A DNA stretch of 64,000 bases from Candidatus Nanoarchaeia archaeon (GTDB taxonomy: Archaea; Nanobdellota; Nanobdellia; SCGC-AAA011-G17; GW2011-AR18), in NCBI GenBank assembly GCA_035289905.1, contig DATDVT010000045.1, forward strand, positions 132 to 64,131. Direction: 5' to 3'. Made by a program: the position numbers and the translations under genes. How positions within the stretch are numbered: the stretch's first letter is position 1; each line of letters starts with the position of its first letter. Positions 7,893 to 17,872 of the stretch are shown piece by piece. A model generated the notes under the pieces. It saw only the letters and a program-made list of their open reading frames with translations. It was not told the origin of the DNA and searched no databases.

Positions 7893-8907
7893 GAATATAA
7901 TCTATTATTTTTGGTAAAATATCTTCTTTATCTTGATATAATTGCTTTACCCTTTCTTTAGAATCTTTGTTATTAATTAGCTCTTTAACCTTTTCGAAGG
8001 CCTCATTTTGATTTCTATAAGAATAGACTAATCCATATTTTTCTTGCAATTCTCTAAAAACACCTGATCCATGCTTAGTTTCAACTAGACTATTACATCT
8101 TATAGCATAAGTCCCTAACAAACCGGATTCAATAGCCATTGTTTGACTATCTCCAACAAATAAATCAGAATAATATAATAAATGATGAACTTTATTTAAA
8201 TTAATCTTTAATCTATACTGCTCTAATTCTTTAGGTAATTCATCCTCAGCACTAATAAAAACTTTTCCATGTTCTTTCAAAAAATTAACAATCTTAATTA
8301 AACCTTTTCTATCAAAACCAGTACTTTGGTTTAAATCGTGAAGTGCATTCCAAGCAACAGATCTTATTACAAAAAATCTTTCTTTTTCTTTTAGATTCAA
8401 TTCATCTAAAACTCTTCGATCTGGAGCAAAATAATTGGGATGTAAATAAGCCATCTCAAAAAAACCGTTAACTTTTAAATGTTTCTTACCAAAATTATTC
8501 TCTAAAAAATCAGGCGTACAAATATGATTAGATAGATTATAAGCAACAAAACCATTCAAACTAACTGATTCACAATTTGTAAAAGAAAAACTTTTTTTTC
8601 CTAACAATTTAGACACAATAGAAGTAGTCTCGCCCGGAAAACCTAATAATACATCAATATCCCTGTCTTTAACTAAATGATAGACTAATCTAGTTCTAAT
8701 CTGCCATTCATTAAATAAACCAAAAAAACCTTTTCCAAATTCACCTGTTCTTACAAAAGTAAAACCCTCCTCTTCCAAAAGTTTAATTGCCTCAACTCTA
8801 TTTCTACTAACAATAATACAATTATGACTTTTATCTTCTAACTTCTTAATAATATTTTTAAAAAAATGAACATTTCCTGGATGAGTTATATCTATCAAAA
8901 AATTCAT
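7885..8907 (-). CDS. DUF354 family putative glycosyltransferase
   Basis: IDITHPGNVHFFK, EMAYLHPNYF.P, VGDSQTMAIESGLLGT. Confidence 0.8.
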   Translation of the reverse strand: MNFLIDITHPGNVHFFKNIIKKLEDKSHNCIIVSRNRVEAIKLLEEEGFTFVRTGEFGKGFFGLFNEWQIRTRLVYHLVKDRDIDVLLGFPGETTSIVSKLLGKKSFSFTNCESVSLNGFVAYNLSNHICTPDFLENNFGKKHLKVNGFFEMAYLHPNYFAPDRRVLDELNLKEKERFFVIRSVAWNALHDLNQSTGFDRKGLIKIVNFLKEHGKVFISAEDELPKELEQYRLKINLNKVHHLLYYSDLFVGDSQTMAIESGLLGTYAIRCNSLVETKHGSGVFRELQEKYGLVYSYRNQNEAFEKVKELINNKDSKERVKQLYQDKEDILPKIIDYILK

Positions 8908-8929
8908 AAAAAATTAAAATTAAACCTTC

Positions 8930-10045
8930 TTATAAAACTTCCTTTATACTTTTAACAACTAAATCCTGTTCTTTATCTGTCAAACCAACATACAAAGGAA
9001 TTATTAAAGTATTCCTAACCGCATCCTCAGTAACTGGCAAATTATAAGTATATATCTTCTTATAAATCTCACTATCATGTATTGCCATAATCCCTCTTCT
9101 AGTAGCAACTCCTTTCTTAAGCAACTCTTCCATAATCTCTACTTGAGATTTTTTAGACCTAACTCGAATAATGTAAGATTGATAAGAATGTTTAGCATAA
9201 CTAGGCACAAAAGGAACATCAATATTCTCACATGAAGAAAAAAGATCATTATATCTCAAAGCTACTTCTCTTCGTTTATTTAAAATAAAATCTGCCTTTT
9301 TCAACTGTTCTATTCCCAGAGCAGCCTGAATATCTGTCATCTTGTAATTATAACCTATTACTGGAAAATCTTCAATTACAACAGTACTAGCTGAATGTCG
9401 TTTATCACTAGAAACTGAAGCACCATGAAATCTAAATTGTCTAGCTAAATTTGCTATTGATTCCTCATTTGTTGTCAACATACCCCCTTCACCTGTAGTT
9501 ATAGACTTTCTAGGATGAAAGCTAAAAGACGTTGCCCTAGTTAATGAACCAATTCTTTGATCATTATACTCAGAACCCAAAGCACATGCAGCATCATCAA
9601 CTAAAAACAAATTATTTTCTTCACAAATTCCATTAATTTCATCTAAATCTGCACTCAGACCAACCTGATGAACTGGCATAATCGCTTTAGTTTTTTTAGT
9701 AATTACTTCAGAAATCTTTTTAGGATCTATATTATAAGTTGACCTATCAATATCCACAAAAACAGGAGTAGCACCAGCATGCACTACAGAATTGGCAGTT
9801 GCAATATAAGTATAAGAAGGAATTATGACCTCATCTCCTCTCCCAATACCTAAAGCTAATAAAGAAATATGTAAAGCAGAAGTACATGAATTAACAGCTA
9901 TTGCATATTTAGCTCCAACATAATCAGCAAATAATTTTTCAAATTCTTCAACTTTTTTACCCTGAGTAACCCATCCAGATTCTATAACTGGTTTAATTGC
10001 TTCATATTCTTCAATACCCATATAGGGTTTCATTACGGGAATCAT
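8930..10045 (-). CDS. DegT/DnrJ/EryC1/StrS PLP-dependent sugar aminotransferase
   Basis: SGWVTQG, NSCTSALH, DDAACALG, SFHPRKSITTGEGG (PLP lysine), GYNYKMTDIQAALG. Confidence 0.93.
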   Translation of the reverse strand: MIPVMKPYMGIEEYEAIKPVIESGWVTQGKKVEEFEKLFADYVGAKYAIAVNSCTSALHISLLALGIGRGDEVIIPSYTYIATANSVVHAGATPVFVDIDRSTYNIDPKKISEVITKKTKAIMPVHQVGLSADLDEINGICEENNLFLVDDAACALGSEYNDQRIGSLTRATSFSFHPRKSITTGEGGMLTTNEESIANLARQFRFHGASVSSDKRHSASTVVIEDFPVIGYNYKMTDIQAALGIEQLKKADFILNKRREVALRYNDLFSSCENIDVPFVPSYAKHSYQSYIIRVRSKKSQVEIMEELLKKGVATRRGIMAIHDSEIYKKIYTYNLPVTEDAVRNTLIIPLYVGLTDKEQDLVVKSIKEVL

Positions 10046-10560
10046 TTTCTCATCCTCAATAATTTAGCAGGATTCCCAACAACAATAGAATAAGGTTCAA
10101 CATCTTTAGTAACAACAGAACCAGCACCGATCACAGAACCTGTCCCAATTCTTACACTTGGTAATATTATTGAACCTACACCAATATCCACATTATCCTC
10201 AATAACTACCTTCTCATAAGTTTGCTCCCTCTCAATTATTGGAGTATCAAGATTATCATCTAAAACATGTTGTAAAGTTAAAATCTTTACACAAGGACCG
10301 ATACCCACATGATTTCCTATTTCAATACCCCCTCCAGAATGAAAAAAACACATTTGACCAATCCAAGTATGACTTCCTATTTTCATATGATTATTATAGT
10401 AGCCCTTCAAATAAGTATCATGACCAACATAAACATGATTTCCAATTTCTAAATTTTCAGGGTGAAAGACTCGAACATCTCTCTCAAAAATAACATTCTC
10501 TCCTAATTTTTTTATTTTATTTACATCTAAAATTCCATCACCATGAGATCTACATAACAC
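10042..10560 (-). CDS. Hexapeptide-repeat (LbetaH) acyltransferase
   Basis: Hexapeptide repeats; GGIEIGNHVGIG; VIGAGSVVTKDV..YSIVVGNPAK. Confidence 0.88.
   Translation of the reverse strand: MLCRSHGDGILDVNKIKKLGENVIFERDVRVFHPENLEIGNHVYVGHDTYLKGYYNNHMKIGSHTWIGQMCFFHSGGGIEIGNHVGIGPCVKILTLQHVLDDNLDTPIIEREQTYEKVVIEDNVDIGVGSIILPSVRIGTGSVIGAGSVVTKDVEPYSIVVGNPAKLLRMRK
10053..10113. repeat. 61-bp exact direct repeat, copy 1
   Basis: Identical to 10571-10631; encodes VTKDVEPYSIVVGNPAKLLR on the minus strand in both acetyltransferases. Confidence 0.9.
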
Positions 10561-11024
10561 TATTTTAACCTCCTCAATAATTTAGCAGGATTCCCAACAA
10601 CAATAGAATAAGGTTCAACATCTTTAGTAACTACCGATCCTGAACCGACTATAGCTCCTTCACCAATAGTAATCCCACACAAAATAACTGCACCAGTACC
10701 AATAGAAGCTTTCTTCTTAACATTTGTAGGGATACAATCCCAATCAGATTCATCCATTAGTTTATTATCTTCAGTAACTGATTTAGGGTATTTATCATTA
10801 ATAAAATTAACATTATGACCTATAAAACAATCATCTTCAATATGAACTCCTTCACAAATAAATGTATGGCTTTGAATCTTTACATCACTCCCTATAACTA
10901 CACCCTTCTGTATCTCAACAAATGCCCCAATCTTAGTTCGGTCTCCAATTTTACAGCCATACAAATTAACTAAAGATTCCTGAAAGATCTTAACATCAAT
11001 ACCTAAATCAACATTAACTATCAT
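10560..11024 (-). CDS. Hexapeptide-repeat N-acetyltransferase (WbpD/WlbB-like)
   Basis: NLYGCKIGD..KIGAFVEIQ, FICEGV.IED..FIGHNV.FINDKYP, GSGSVVTKDV. Confidence 0.88.
   Translation of the reverse strand: MIVNVDLGIDVKIFQESLVNLYGCKIGDRTKIGAFVEIQKGVVIGSDVKIQSHTFICEGVHIEDDCFIGHNVNFINDKYPKSVTEDNKLMDESDWDCIPTNVKKKASIGTGAVILCGITIGEGAIVGSGSVVTKDVEPYSIVVGNPAKLLRRLK
10571..10631. repeat. 61-bp exact direct repeat, copy 2
   Basis: Identical to 10053-10113. Confidence 0.9.
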
Positions 11025-11125
11025 AAAAAAATAATAAAAAAATAATTTAAAGGAATATGTATGCTATAAAATATATTATTTATTAATACAATAATCTTAA
11101 TAAATAATCAAAAAATAAAATCCAA

Positions 11126-12103
11126 ATGCCAAAAAATAAAAACATTTTAGTAACAGGAGGGGCAGGATTTATTGGTTGTCATTTAGTTGAAGAATTAATT
11201 AAAGATAATAGAGTCACTGTAGTTGATGATTTCTCAGTAGGTTCAATGGATAATTTAAAAGAATTTGTAAACAATCCTAATTTAAAAGTAATCAAAGAAG
11301 ATATAAGAAATCAAGAAAGAATGATTGAATTAACAAAAGAAATAGATATTATTTACCATATGGCAGTAGTTTGTCTAAGAGTCTCAATAAATAATCCAAT
11401 GATTGTAGACGAAATTAATTCAACAGGTACTTTAAAAATGCTAATTGCCGCACAAAAAAATAATGTTAAAAAATTTATTTACATTTCAAGTTCAGAAGCA
11501 TATGGATCAGCACTAAAAGCTCCAATGGATGAAACTCATCCTTTAATTCCAATAACTCTTTATGGTGCAAGTAAAGCTGCTGGAGAATTATATACTCAAT
11601 CCTTTCATTTAACTTATGGTTTACCAACTGTAATAGTTAGACCATTTAATACTTATGGACCAAAAGAACATTTTGAAGGGGCATCAGGAGAAGTAATTCC
11701 TAAATTTGTAATCAGAATAATGAATAACATCACTCCAGTAATATTCGGAGATGGAGAACAAACTAGGGATTTCACATATGTAAAGGACACTGTTGACGGA
11801 ATTATTCAAGCATCAGATTGTCCAGAATTAATTGGAGAAACAGTTAACATTGCAAGGGGAGAAGAAGTATCAATAAATAGAATATTAAACATAGTTAAAA
11901 GTGTATTAAACAAAGATATACAAGCAGAATACAGAGAAGGAAGACCAGGGGATGTAAGAAGACATTATGCAGATATAAACAAGGCAAAAAAATTCTTTAA
12001 TTATCAGCCAAATACAAGTATTGAAGATGGAATAAAGAAATATATAACTTGGTTAAAAACACAAAACATAGATTTAACTAAAGATAAAACAATTAATTGG
12101 TAA
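11126..12103 (+). CDS. NAD-dependent nucleotide-sugar epimerase/dehydratase (extended SDR)
   Basis: VTGGAGFIG, SSSEAYG, YGASK, RPFNTYGP, GDGEQTRDFTYV. Confidence 0.93.
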   Translation: MPKNKNILVTGGAGFIGCHLVEELIKDNRVTVVDDFSVGSMDNLKEFVNNPNLKVIKEDIRNQERMIELTKEIDIIYHMAVVCLRVSINNPMIVDEINSTGTLKMLIAAQKNNVKKFIYISSSEAYGSALKAPMDETHPLIPITLYGASKAAGELYTQSFHLTYGLPTVIVRPFNTYGPKEHFEGASGEVIPKFVIRIMNNITPVIFGDGEQTRDFTYVKDTVDGIIQASDCPELIGETVNIARGEEVSINRILNIVKSVLNKDIQAEYREGRPGDVRRHYADINKAKKFFNYQPNTSIEDGIKKYITWLKTQNIDLTKDKTINW

Positions 12104-12109
12104 ATATAC

Positions 12110-12237
12110 TCAGGGGTATGTTTGTATGGGTAATTTATGGTATTTCAATTTAAAGTTTAGCTATAGTTGCAACTGATATTTTAGGTACCACTTTAAATAT
12201 ACTCTCAATGAAATATCCCTACAAAAAAGTAAATTAA
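12110..12237 (+). pseudogene. Degraded remnant of a SemiSWEET/PQ-loop transporter C-terminus
   Basis: SGVCL / frameshift / WVIYGISI*SLAIVATDILGTTLNILSMKY resembles the SemiSWEET 'G..LW.IYG....SLP.I.TN' segment. Confidence 0.45.
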
Positions 12238-13254
12238 TTATAAGAAATCTTCATGCCCAATTCTCTTTAATTGTTCTAATAATTCATTATGATGATGAAA
12301 TCTACATTCAGTACAATCCTTTATAGGATCTAAATCTAACTTTTTATTCATCCAAACATTCTTGAAACCCTCTTTCTTAACATTACCTAAGGGATAACAA
12401 TTTTTATGCACACAACCGTAACATGTATATAAATTTCCATCTGGAATAATAATTCCTTGAAAATTATAGATATAACATTTATTATAAGATCTTTTTTCTG
12501 CACCATAATAATTAGTTCCAAAATGAGGGACAAAAAGCACACTAATTCTTCTATTCTTAGATTCAGATTCAACTAATTCTCTAACTTCTTGCAAAATATA
12601 ATCTCCCACTGCCAATTTTTCATAACGAGCCGGTCTAAATTGAATATAATCAAAACCAAATTCATCAAATAAATCAATTGCATCTTTTGCACCCATATAA
12701 GATTCTGGACTAATAACATAACCACCCCCCAAGGTAACTTTACTTCCAAATTCTTTTTTATATTTAACTAAAGTTTTACAATTATCAATTACACGATCAT
12801 ATGAGTTACATCGATGAACCTGACTATGCATTTCTCTGTTTCCTGCATCAAAAGTAATTCTAATAAAAGTACAAATTTGAACAAGATCTTTAGCAGTAGC
12901 ATCATCAATTAAAGCACCATTTGTAAATAACCCAACAGAAATTCCCAAAGAATTAGCTAGTTTCATAGAAGGTAAAGTTGCAGGATTTAACAAAGGTTCC
13001 CCCCCACCGCTATATAACAAAGCTTTAAGATTAAATTCTTTTAATTCACGAATTATTTTAGATAGATCTTCCTCATTCATTTCTAAAGTTTTATCAAATT
13101 TATTAAGAATTCTAGGTTCACACCAAATACAATCATAATTACATCTATTAGTTGGATGAAGCTCTATACTAACTGGATCTGGGATCCCTCCTTCTAAAAA
13201 AGTTTTAATTCTATCTGAGTGCCTAAATAATTTAATACCATTCCAATTAGTCAT
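12238..13254 (-). CDS. Radical SAM protein with SPASM/Twitch C-terminus
   Basis: TNRCNYDCIWC, SGGGEPLL, FTNG; C-terminal C(x12)GNLYTC...GNV...CTECRF. Confidence 0.88.
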   Translation of the reverse strand: MTNWNGIKLFRHSDRIKTFLEGGIPDPVSIELHPTNRCNYDCIWCEPRILNKFDKTLEMNEEDLSKIIRELKEFNLKALLYSGGGEPLLNPATLPSMKLANSLGISVGLFTNGALIDDATAKDLVQICTFIRITFDAGNREMHSQVHRCNSYDRVIDNCKTLVKYKKEFGSKVTLGGGYVISPESYMGAKDAIDLFDEFGFDYIQFRPARYEKLAVGDYILQEVRELVESESKNRRISVLFVPHFGTNYYGAEKRSYNKCYIYNFQGIIIPDGNLYTCYGCVHKNCYPLGNVKKEGFKNVWMNKKLDLDPIKDCTECRFHHHNELLEQLKRIGHEDFL

Positions 13255-13368
13255 AATTGTTTTTTAGAAAAATTATATAAAAAGATTACTATCTTCAAGA
13301 ATCTATTGTAAAAACAGTAATATTACAAAAGGCATTAATTTTAAAAAAGAGAAATTTAATAAAATGCA

Positions 13369-14472
13369 GTGGAAATTCCTTTAATCAATTTAAAAAGACA
13401 ATATTTGGAAATTAAAGAAGAAATTAATAATTCTATTCAAGAAGTAATAAATGAAAGCTCTTTTTGTGTAGGCAGGCAAATAAAAGAATTTGAAAATAAT
13501 TTTGCAAATTATTTAAATATTAAACATGCAATTGGTGTTGCAAATGGAACTGCAGCTTTACATTTAGCATTAGAAGCAATAGATATAAAAGAAAATGATG
13601 AGATAATAACTACATCTAACACCTTTATAGCCACAGTAGAAGCTATTTGTTACCAAAAAGCTAAACCCATTCTAGTAGATATTGACGAAGAAACATATAC
13701 TATTGATATAAACAAAATCGAAGAAAAAATTACAAATAAAACAAAAGCAATAATTCCCGTACATCTATTTGGCCATCCTTGTGAAATGGATGCAATTAAA
13801 AAAATAGCTAATAAATATAACTTAAAAATAATTGAAGACTGTGCACAAGCCCATGGCGTTGAATACAAAGGACAAAAGGTAGGTACCATTGGAGATATAG
13901 GATGTTTTAGTATGTATCCTAGCAAAATATTAGGTGCTTACGGTGATGCAGGTGCAATAATTACAAATAATTATCTTTTTGCAGAAAAAATTAAAAAGTT
14001 GAAAAACCATGGAGAATCAACAAAATATAACCATGAACTTATGGGCTATAACTATAGACTAGATGGGATTCAAGCAGCTATACTAAATGTTAAATTAAAA
14101 TACCTAAATAAATGGTTAGAGAAAAGAAGAGAAATAGCAAGAATTTATAATGAAGAAATAAAAGAGTTAGTTACTATACCTTCTGAAAAAGCTTTCGCAA
14201 AACATGGATATTATTTATATGTAATAAGGGCTAAAGAAAGAAACAATTTGTTAGAATTTTTAAAAATAAAAGGGATTTCATGTGGAATACATTACCCCAT
14301 ACCCATCCATTTACAACTCGCTTATCAATCTTTAAATATGGGTGAAACAAAACTACCAATAACTGAAAGAATAAGTAAAGAAATATTGTCAGTTCCATTA
14401 TATCCAGAAATGACAAACGAAGAGATAGATTATGTAATAAATTCAATAAAAGAATATTTTAACAAAAAATGA
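13369..14472 (+). CDS. DegT/DnrJ/EryC1/StrS aminotransferase (WbpE-like)
   Basis: VANGTAALH, PVHLFGHP, EDCAQAHG, SMYPSKILGAYGDAG, GYNYRLDGIQAAIL. Confidence 0.93.
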   Translation: MEIPLINLKRQYLEIKEEINNSIQEVINESSFCVGRQIKEFENNFANYLNIKHAIGVANGTAALHLALEAIDIKENDEIITTSNTFIATVEAICYQKAKPILVDIDEETYTIDINKIEEKITNKTKAIIPVHLFGHPCEMDAIKKIANKYNLKIIEDCAQAHGVEYKGQKVGTIGDIGCFSMYPSKILGAYGDAGAIITNNYLFAEKIKKLKNHGESTKYNHELMGYNYRLDGIQAAILNVKLKYLNKWLEKRREIARIYNEEIKELVTIPSEKAFAKHGYYLYVIRAKERNNLLEFLKIKGISCGIHYPIPIHLQLAYQSLNMGETKLPITERISKEILSVPLYPEMTNEEIDYVINSIKEYFNKK

Positions 14473-15380
14473 AAAGATTAGCAATTATTAAGTATACTAT
14501 TAGCATAATCATTTTAGGCTTACTTCTAGTTACAATTAAACCCTCAAAAATTTTAGCAGTATTAAATCTTATAAACTTAAAATTAATTTTAATTATAATA
14601 ATATTAGCTTTTGCATTAATTTTACTTACAACAATTAATTTAAAAATATTTATATCACCCTATATTAAAAAAATATCATTCATTGAATTTTTTAAAAAAT
14701 ATCTAGTAACTTGGTCTATTAGTTCATTCACACCTGGAAAAATAGGAGATTTCTCTCTTTCATATTTATTAAAAGATAAGATTTCCCCTGAAGAATCAAT
14801 AGCTGCATTAATTCTAGATAAATTAATTACTTTAATAGTACTCTCGGTAATAGGAATTATTGGAGTTTTCTACATTCTTCCGAAAGAATATGCATATTTA
14901 GTTACAATAAGTTTAATTTTTATAATAGGCTTAGTAGTATATTTTATTAATTCAAAAAAAATAAAAAATTACATTGCTAATAAGTTCTTTAAAAAATACA
15001 CTATTCAAATAGAAAACTTTGAAAAAACAATTAAAGAATATATTAGAAATCACAAAAAATTAATAATAATTAATGCGATAATAACTCTAATTATTTGGAC
15101 AACAAGCAGCTCAATAATTTATATTTCATTACATTTATTCAATCAAGAAATTCCATTCATAACAACAGTATTTATCACTTGTTTGGGTAACTTAAGTTTT
15201 CTAGTTCCAATAACCATTAATGGACTAGGCTTAAGAGAAGCGATAAATATCTTCTTTTTTGAGAAATATTTTATTCCAAAAGAGTTTACTCTTACAATAT
15301 TCTTACTAATTACTGTACTAAACTATCTATTTGCATTTATATTTATCCAACTTTTTATGACAGAAAAAACAATAAATTAA
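14469..15380 (+). CDS. Lysylphosphatidylglycerol-synthase-TM / AglD2-type flippase-like membrane protein
   Basis: Multi-TM; TPGKIGD and PITINGLGLRE motifs. Confidence 0.8.
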   Translation: MKRLAIIKYTISIIILGLLLVTIKPSKILAVLNLINLKLILIIIILAFALILLTTINLKIFISPYIKKISFIEFFKKYLVTWSISSFTPGKIGDFSLSYLLKDKISPEESIAALILDKLITLIVLSVIGIIGVFYILPKEYAYLVTISLIFIIGLVVYFINSKKIKNYIANKFFKKYTIQIENFEKTIKEYIRNHKKLIIINAIITLIIWTTSSSIIYISLHLFNQEIPFITTVFITCLGNLSFLVPITINGLGLREAINIFFFEKYFIPKEFTLTIFLLITVLNYLFAFIFIQLFMTEKTIN

Positions 15381-16366
15381 TCTTTCTTCCAGTTATATTC
15401 ACCAAATTTTTTATTTAAATAATTTTTAGGAAAAACTCTTAAAATTTTATTCATCACAATATCTGCAGGTCTATGACAATTCAACCAACATAGATTACAA
15501 CTAATATGTTGCTTCCTAAGTTCAATTGCTTCTTTAGAGTTCCATACTTCTTCTAAAGTTTGATTGTATAAATTTCCAATTTTATTACCTAAACCTTGAC
15601 AAAATAAAACATCTCCTGCAGAAGTAATAATAACGTTACCTCTTGTACTTAAACAAGGTAGCTTCAACTTCCCCTTTTTCCATTTATAATAACTTTCTAA
15701 ATATGGATTATAATATTTATCCTTAACATAATAATAATCTTTTGGAACTTCCTGAGTATTAAAATAAGGAACAGTATCATAAAAACTGATCATACATAAA
15801 ACTCCTAATTGATCACACAAATTCATAACATATAAAAAATCTTCATTAGTATTATTATTACTTACAGTATAATGTAATTTGATTTTAGTAAATTTCTTAA
15901 GTTGTTCAACCACATTAACTATCTTACTAACATTATCAATACCCCTTATCCTCTTCTGTGTTTCTGGACGACCATCTAAAGAAATTGCTAAATTCTTAAC
16001 AAAATACTTTTTTACTGTTTCTATTAGTTTTTCATCTAAAATACAATTAGAAAATAAAGTATAGTTTAAACCTCGCTCATTAAATAATTCCAAAATTTTT
16101 TCAAAGTTAGGATGTAACAAAGGCTCTCCGCCAGTAATTCCAAAATTACATCCTTTAACTATATCCTGATCTAATACTTTTCTTATCAAATCAATACTTA
16201 GGTCATACTTAGGCATTTGATTCCAAATAAAACAAATACTACAATTAGAATTACATCTATTAGTAAGTATAAAAGTTACTTCATAAGGCTGATTTTTAAA
16301 AATTCTATAAGCTCTTTTCATATACGAAGATGCTAAATTCAAAGTACGATAATTTAAAAAATTCAT
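15377..16366 (-). CDS. Radical SAM protein with SPASM/Twitch C-terminus
   Basis: TNRCNSNCSIC, ITGGEPLL, ISLDG; C(x12)GDVLFC...IGNL...CNLCWLNC. Confidence 0.88.
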   Translation of the reverse strand: MNFLNYRTLNLASSYMKRAYRIFKNQPYEVTFILTNRCNSNCSICFIWNQMPKYDLSIDLIRKVLDQDIVKGCNFGITGGEPLLHPNFEKILELFNERGLNYTLFSNCILDEKLIETVKKYFVKNLAISLDGRPETQKRIRGIDNVSKIVNVVEQLKKFTKIKLHYTVSNNNTNEDFLYVMNLCDQLGVLCMISFYDTVPYFNTQEVPKDYYYVKDKYYNPYLESYYKWKKGKLKLPCLSTRGNVIITSAGDVLFCQGLGNKIGNLYNQTLEEVWNSKEAIELRKQHISCNLCWLNCHRPADIVMNKILRVFPKNYLNKKFGEYNWKKD

Positions 16367-16416
16367 ATTTTAAAAGCATCTGTGGCGTTATATAAATATT
16401 ATTATAAAAATAATAT

Positions 16417-17847
16417 TCATAATCTTCGCATATCCATAACATTCATTTTTAAAAAAAAGTACATACCTTTTAAATACCTCTGTATATCCTCCCCGTTCTT
16501 TATTCTAGCAAGCTTTCGTTTAAAGAAACCTAATCTTAAATAACACCTCCGATATGCCTCTTTTTGTAGTTTTACAAGTTCTTCACGGCTATTATACCCT
16601 TTTGAAAGATATATTGGGAATAGACTAGTATAATGACTATAGTCAAAATCTACATTTCCTTCAGCAACAAAATCTTCATAAAGTTTCGTACCTGGATAAG
16701 GGGTAGTAAGTGTAAAAATAGGATAATCAACATCCAACTCAATCGCAAAATCAATAGTTTTTTTCCCCATTTCAGGAGTTTCTCCTGGCAAACCCAACAT
16801 AAAAGATCCTTTAACTTCTATTCCAGCTTCATGTGCCCAATGAACAGCATTTCTTATTTGGAACAAAGATTGACCCTTTTGAAGACTATTCAACAATTCC
16901 TGATTAGCAGACTCTATTCCATAAGAAATACCCCAACAGCCTACAGAAGCCATTTTTTTTAAAAGCTCGAGAGTTACAAAATTTACTTTCGCATAACATG
17001 TCCAAGTTAAGTCTAGATTTTCTGTATGAAGTGCATCACAAAAATTCAATATCCATTCTTTATCCAAAACAAATTCATCATCAAAAAAATAAATTTCTCT
17101 AACCCCATACTGCTTAATTAAATATTTTATTTCTTCAATAACTCTTGAAACAGAATTTCTCCTATAGGTGGTATGCATAAAACTAGACTCATTACAAAAT
17201 TTACACATCCGATAAGTGCATCCCCTACTTGTTATCATATTTATAGTGGGCAGTCTCTTATATTGATTTGGTACTGGAATATATTTATCTATATCAAAAA
17301 ATTTTCTTAATGGAATCGGTAATGTATCTAAATCCGTTATCATAATATCATTTTCAGTTTTTGTAACAACCTCTTTTTCTCTATAATAAATACCACGTAC
17401 CATAGAAATAGAAGTATTAGCTGTTATAGCATTAACAAGATTCAATAATTTATATTCCCCTTCTCCAAAAATAATATAATCAATCTCTTTTATGTCTTCA
17501 AGAATTTTTTCTGCAAAGATACTCGCATGTGAACCACCGCAAATAATAGGTATAGTAAAACTAGATTTCAACACCTTAGCTATAGTATACGCCTCTGGAG
17601 CTTGAGATGTAAGAATACTAATACAAACAATATCTGTTTTAAATTCTTTAACCTCATACAAAAGTTGTTCTTTTGTTAACGGAGTAATAAATAAATCTAT
17701 GACTTTACAGTTATACCCTCCATTCTCTAAAACTGTAGCTAAAGAGGCAATACCTAAAGGAGGAAAAAGACCAGCAATTCTTTTTCTCTTAATATTATCT
17801 ACTAAAAATCCATGCCCTGGTGTAGGATTAATAAATAAAATATTCAT
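16417..17847 (-). CDS. Cobalamin-binding radical SAM protein (CX4CX2C variant)
   Basis: PPLGIASLA, GGSHAS, GEGE, TSRGCTYRMCKFC, FFDDEF, GIESA, FMLGLPGET, TPYPGT. Confidence 0.9.
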   Translation of the reverse strand: MNILFINPTPGHGFLVDNIKRKRIAGLFPPLGIASLATVLENGGYNCKVIDLFITPLTKEQLLYEVKEFKTDIVCISILTSQAPEAYTIAKVLKSSFTIPIICGGSHASIFAEKILEDIKEIDYIIFGEGEYKLLNLVNAITANTSISMVRGIYYREKEVVTKTENDIMITDLDTLPIPLRKFFDIDKYIPVPNQYKRLPTINMITSRGCTYRMCKFCNESSFMHTTYRRNSVSRVIEEIKYLIKQYGVREIYFFDDEFVLDKEWILNFCDALHTENLDLTWTCYAKVNFVTLELLKKMASVGCWGISYGIESANQELLNSLQKGQSLFQIRNAVHWAHEAGIEVKGSFMLGLPGETPEMGKKTIDFAIELDVDYPIFTLTTPYPGTKLYEDFVAEGNVDFDYSHYTSLFPIYLSKGYNSREELVKLQKEAYRRCYLRLGFFKRKLARIKNGEDIQRYLKGMYFFLKMNVMDMRRL

Positions 17848-17872
17848 ATAATTTTCTAATAATAAGACTAAT

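Noticed and set aside
12101..12204. 11-bp direct repeat TAAATATACTC as a possible insertion scar
   Set aside because: AT-rich and short, with no inverted ends; could be chance
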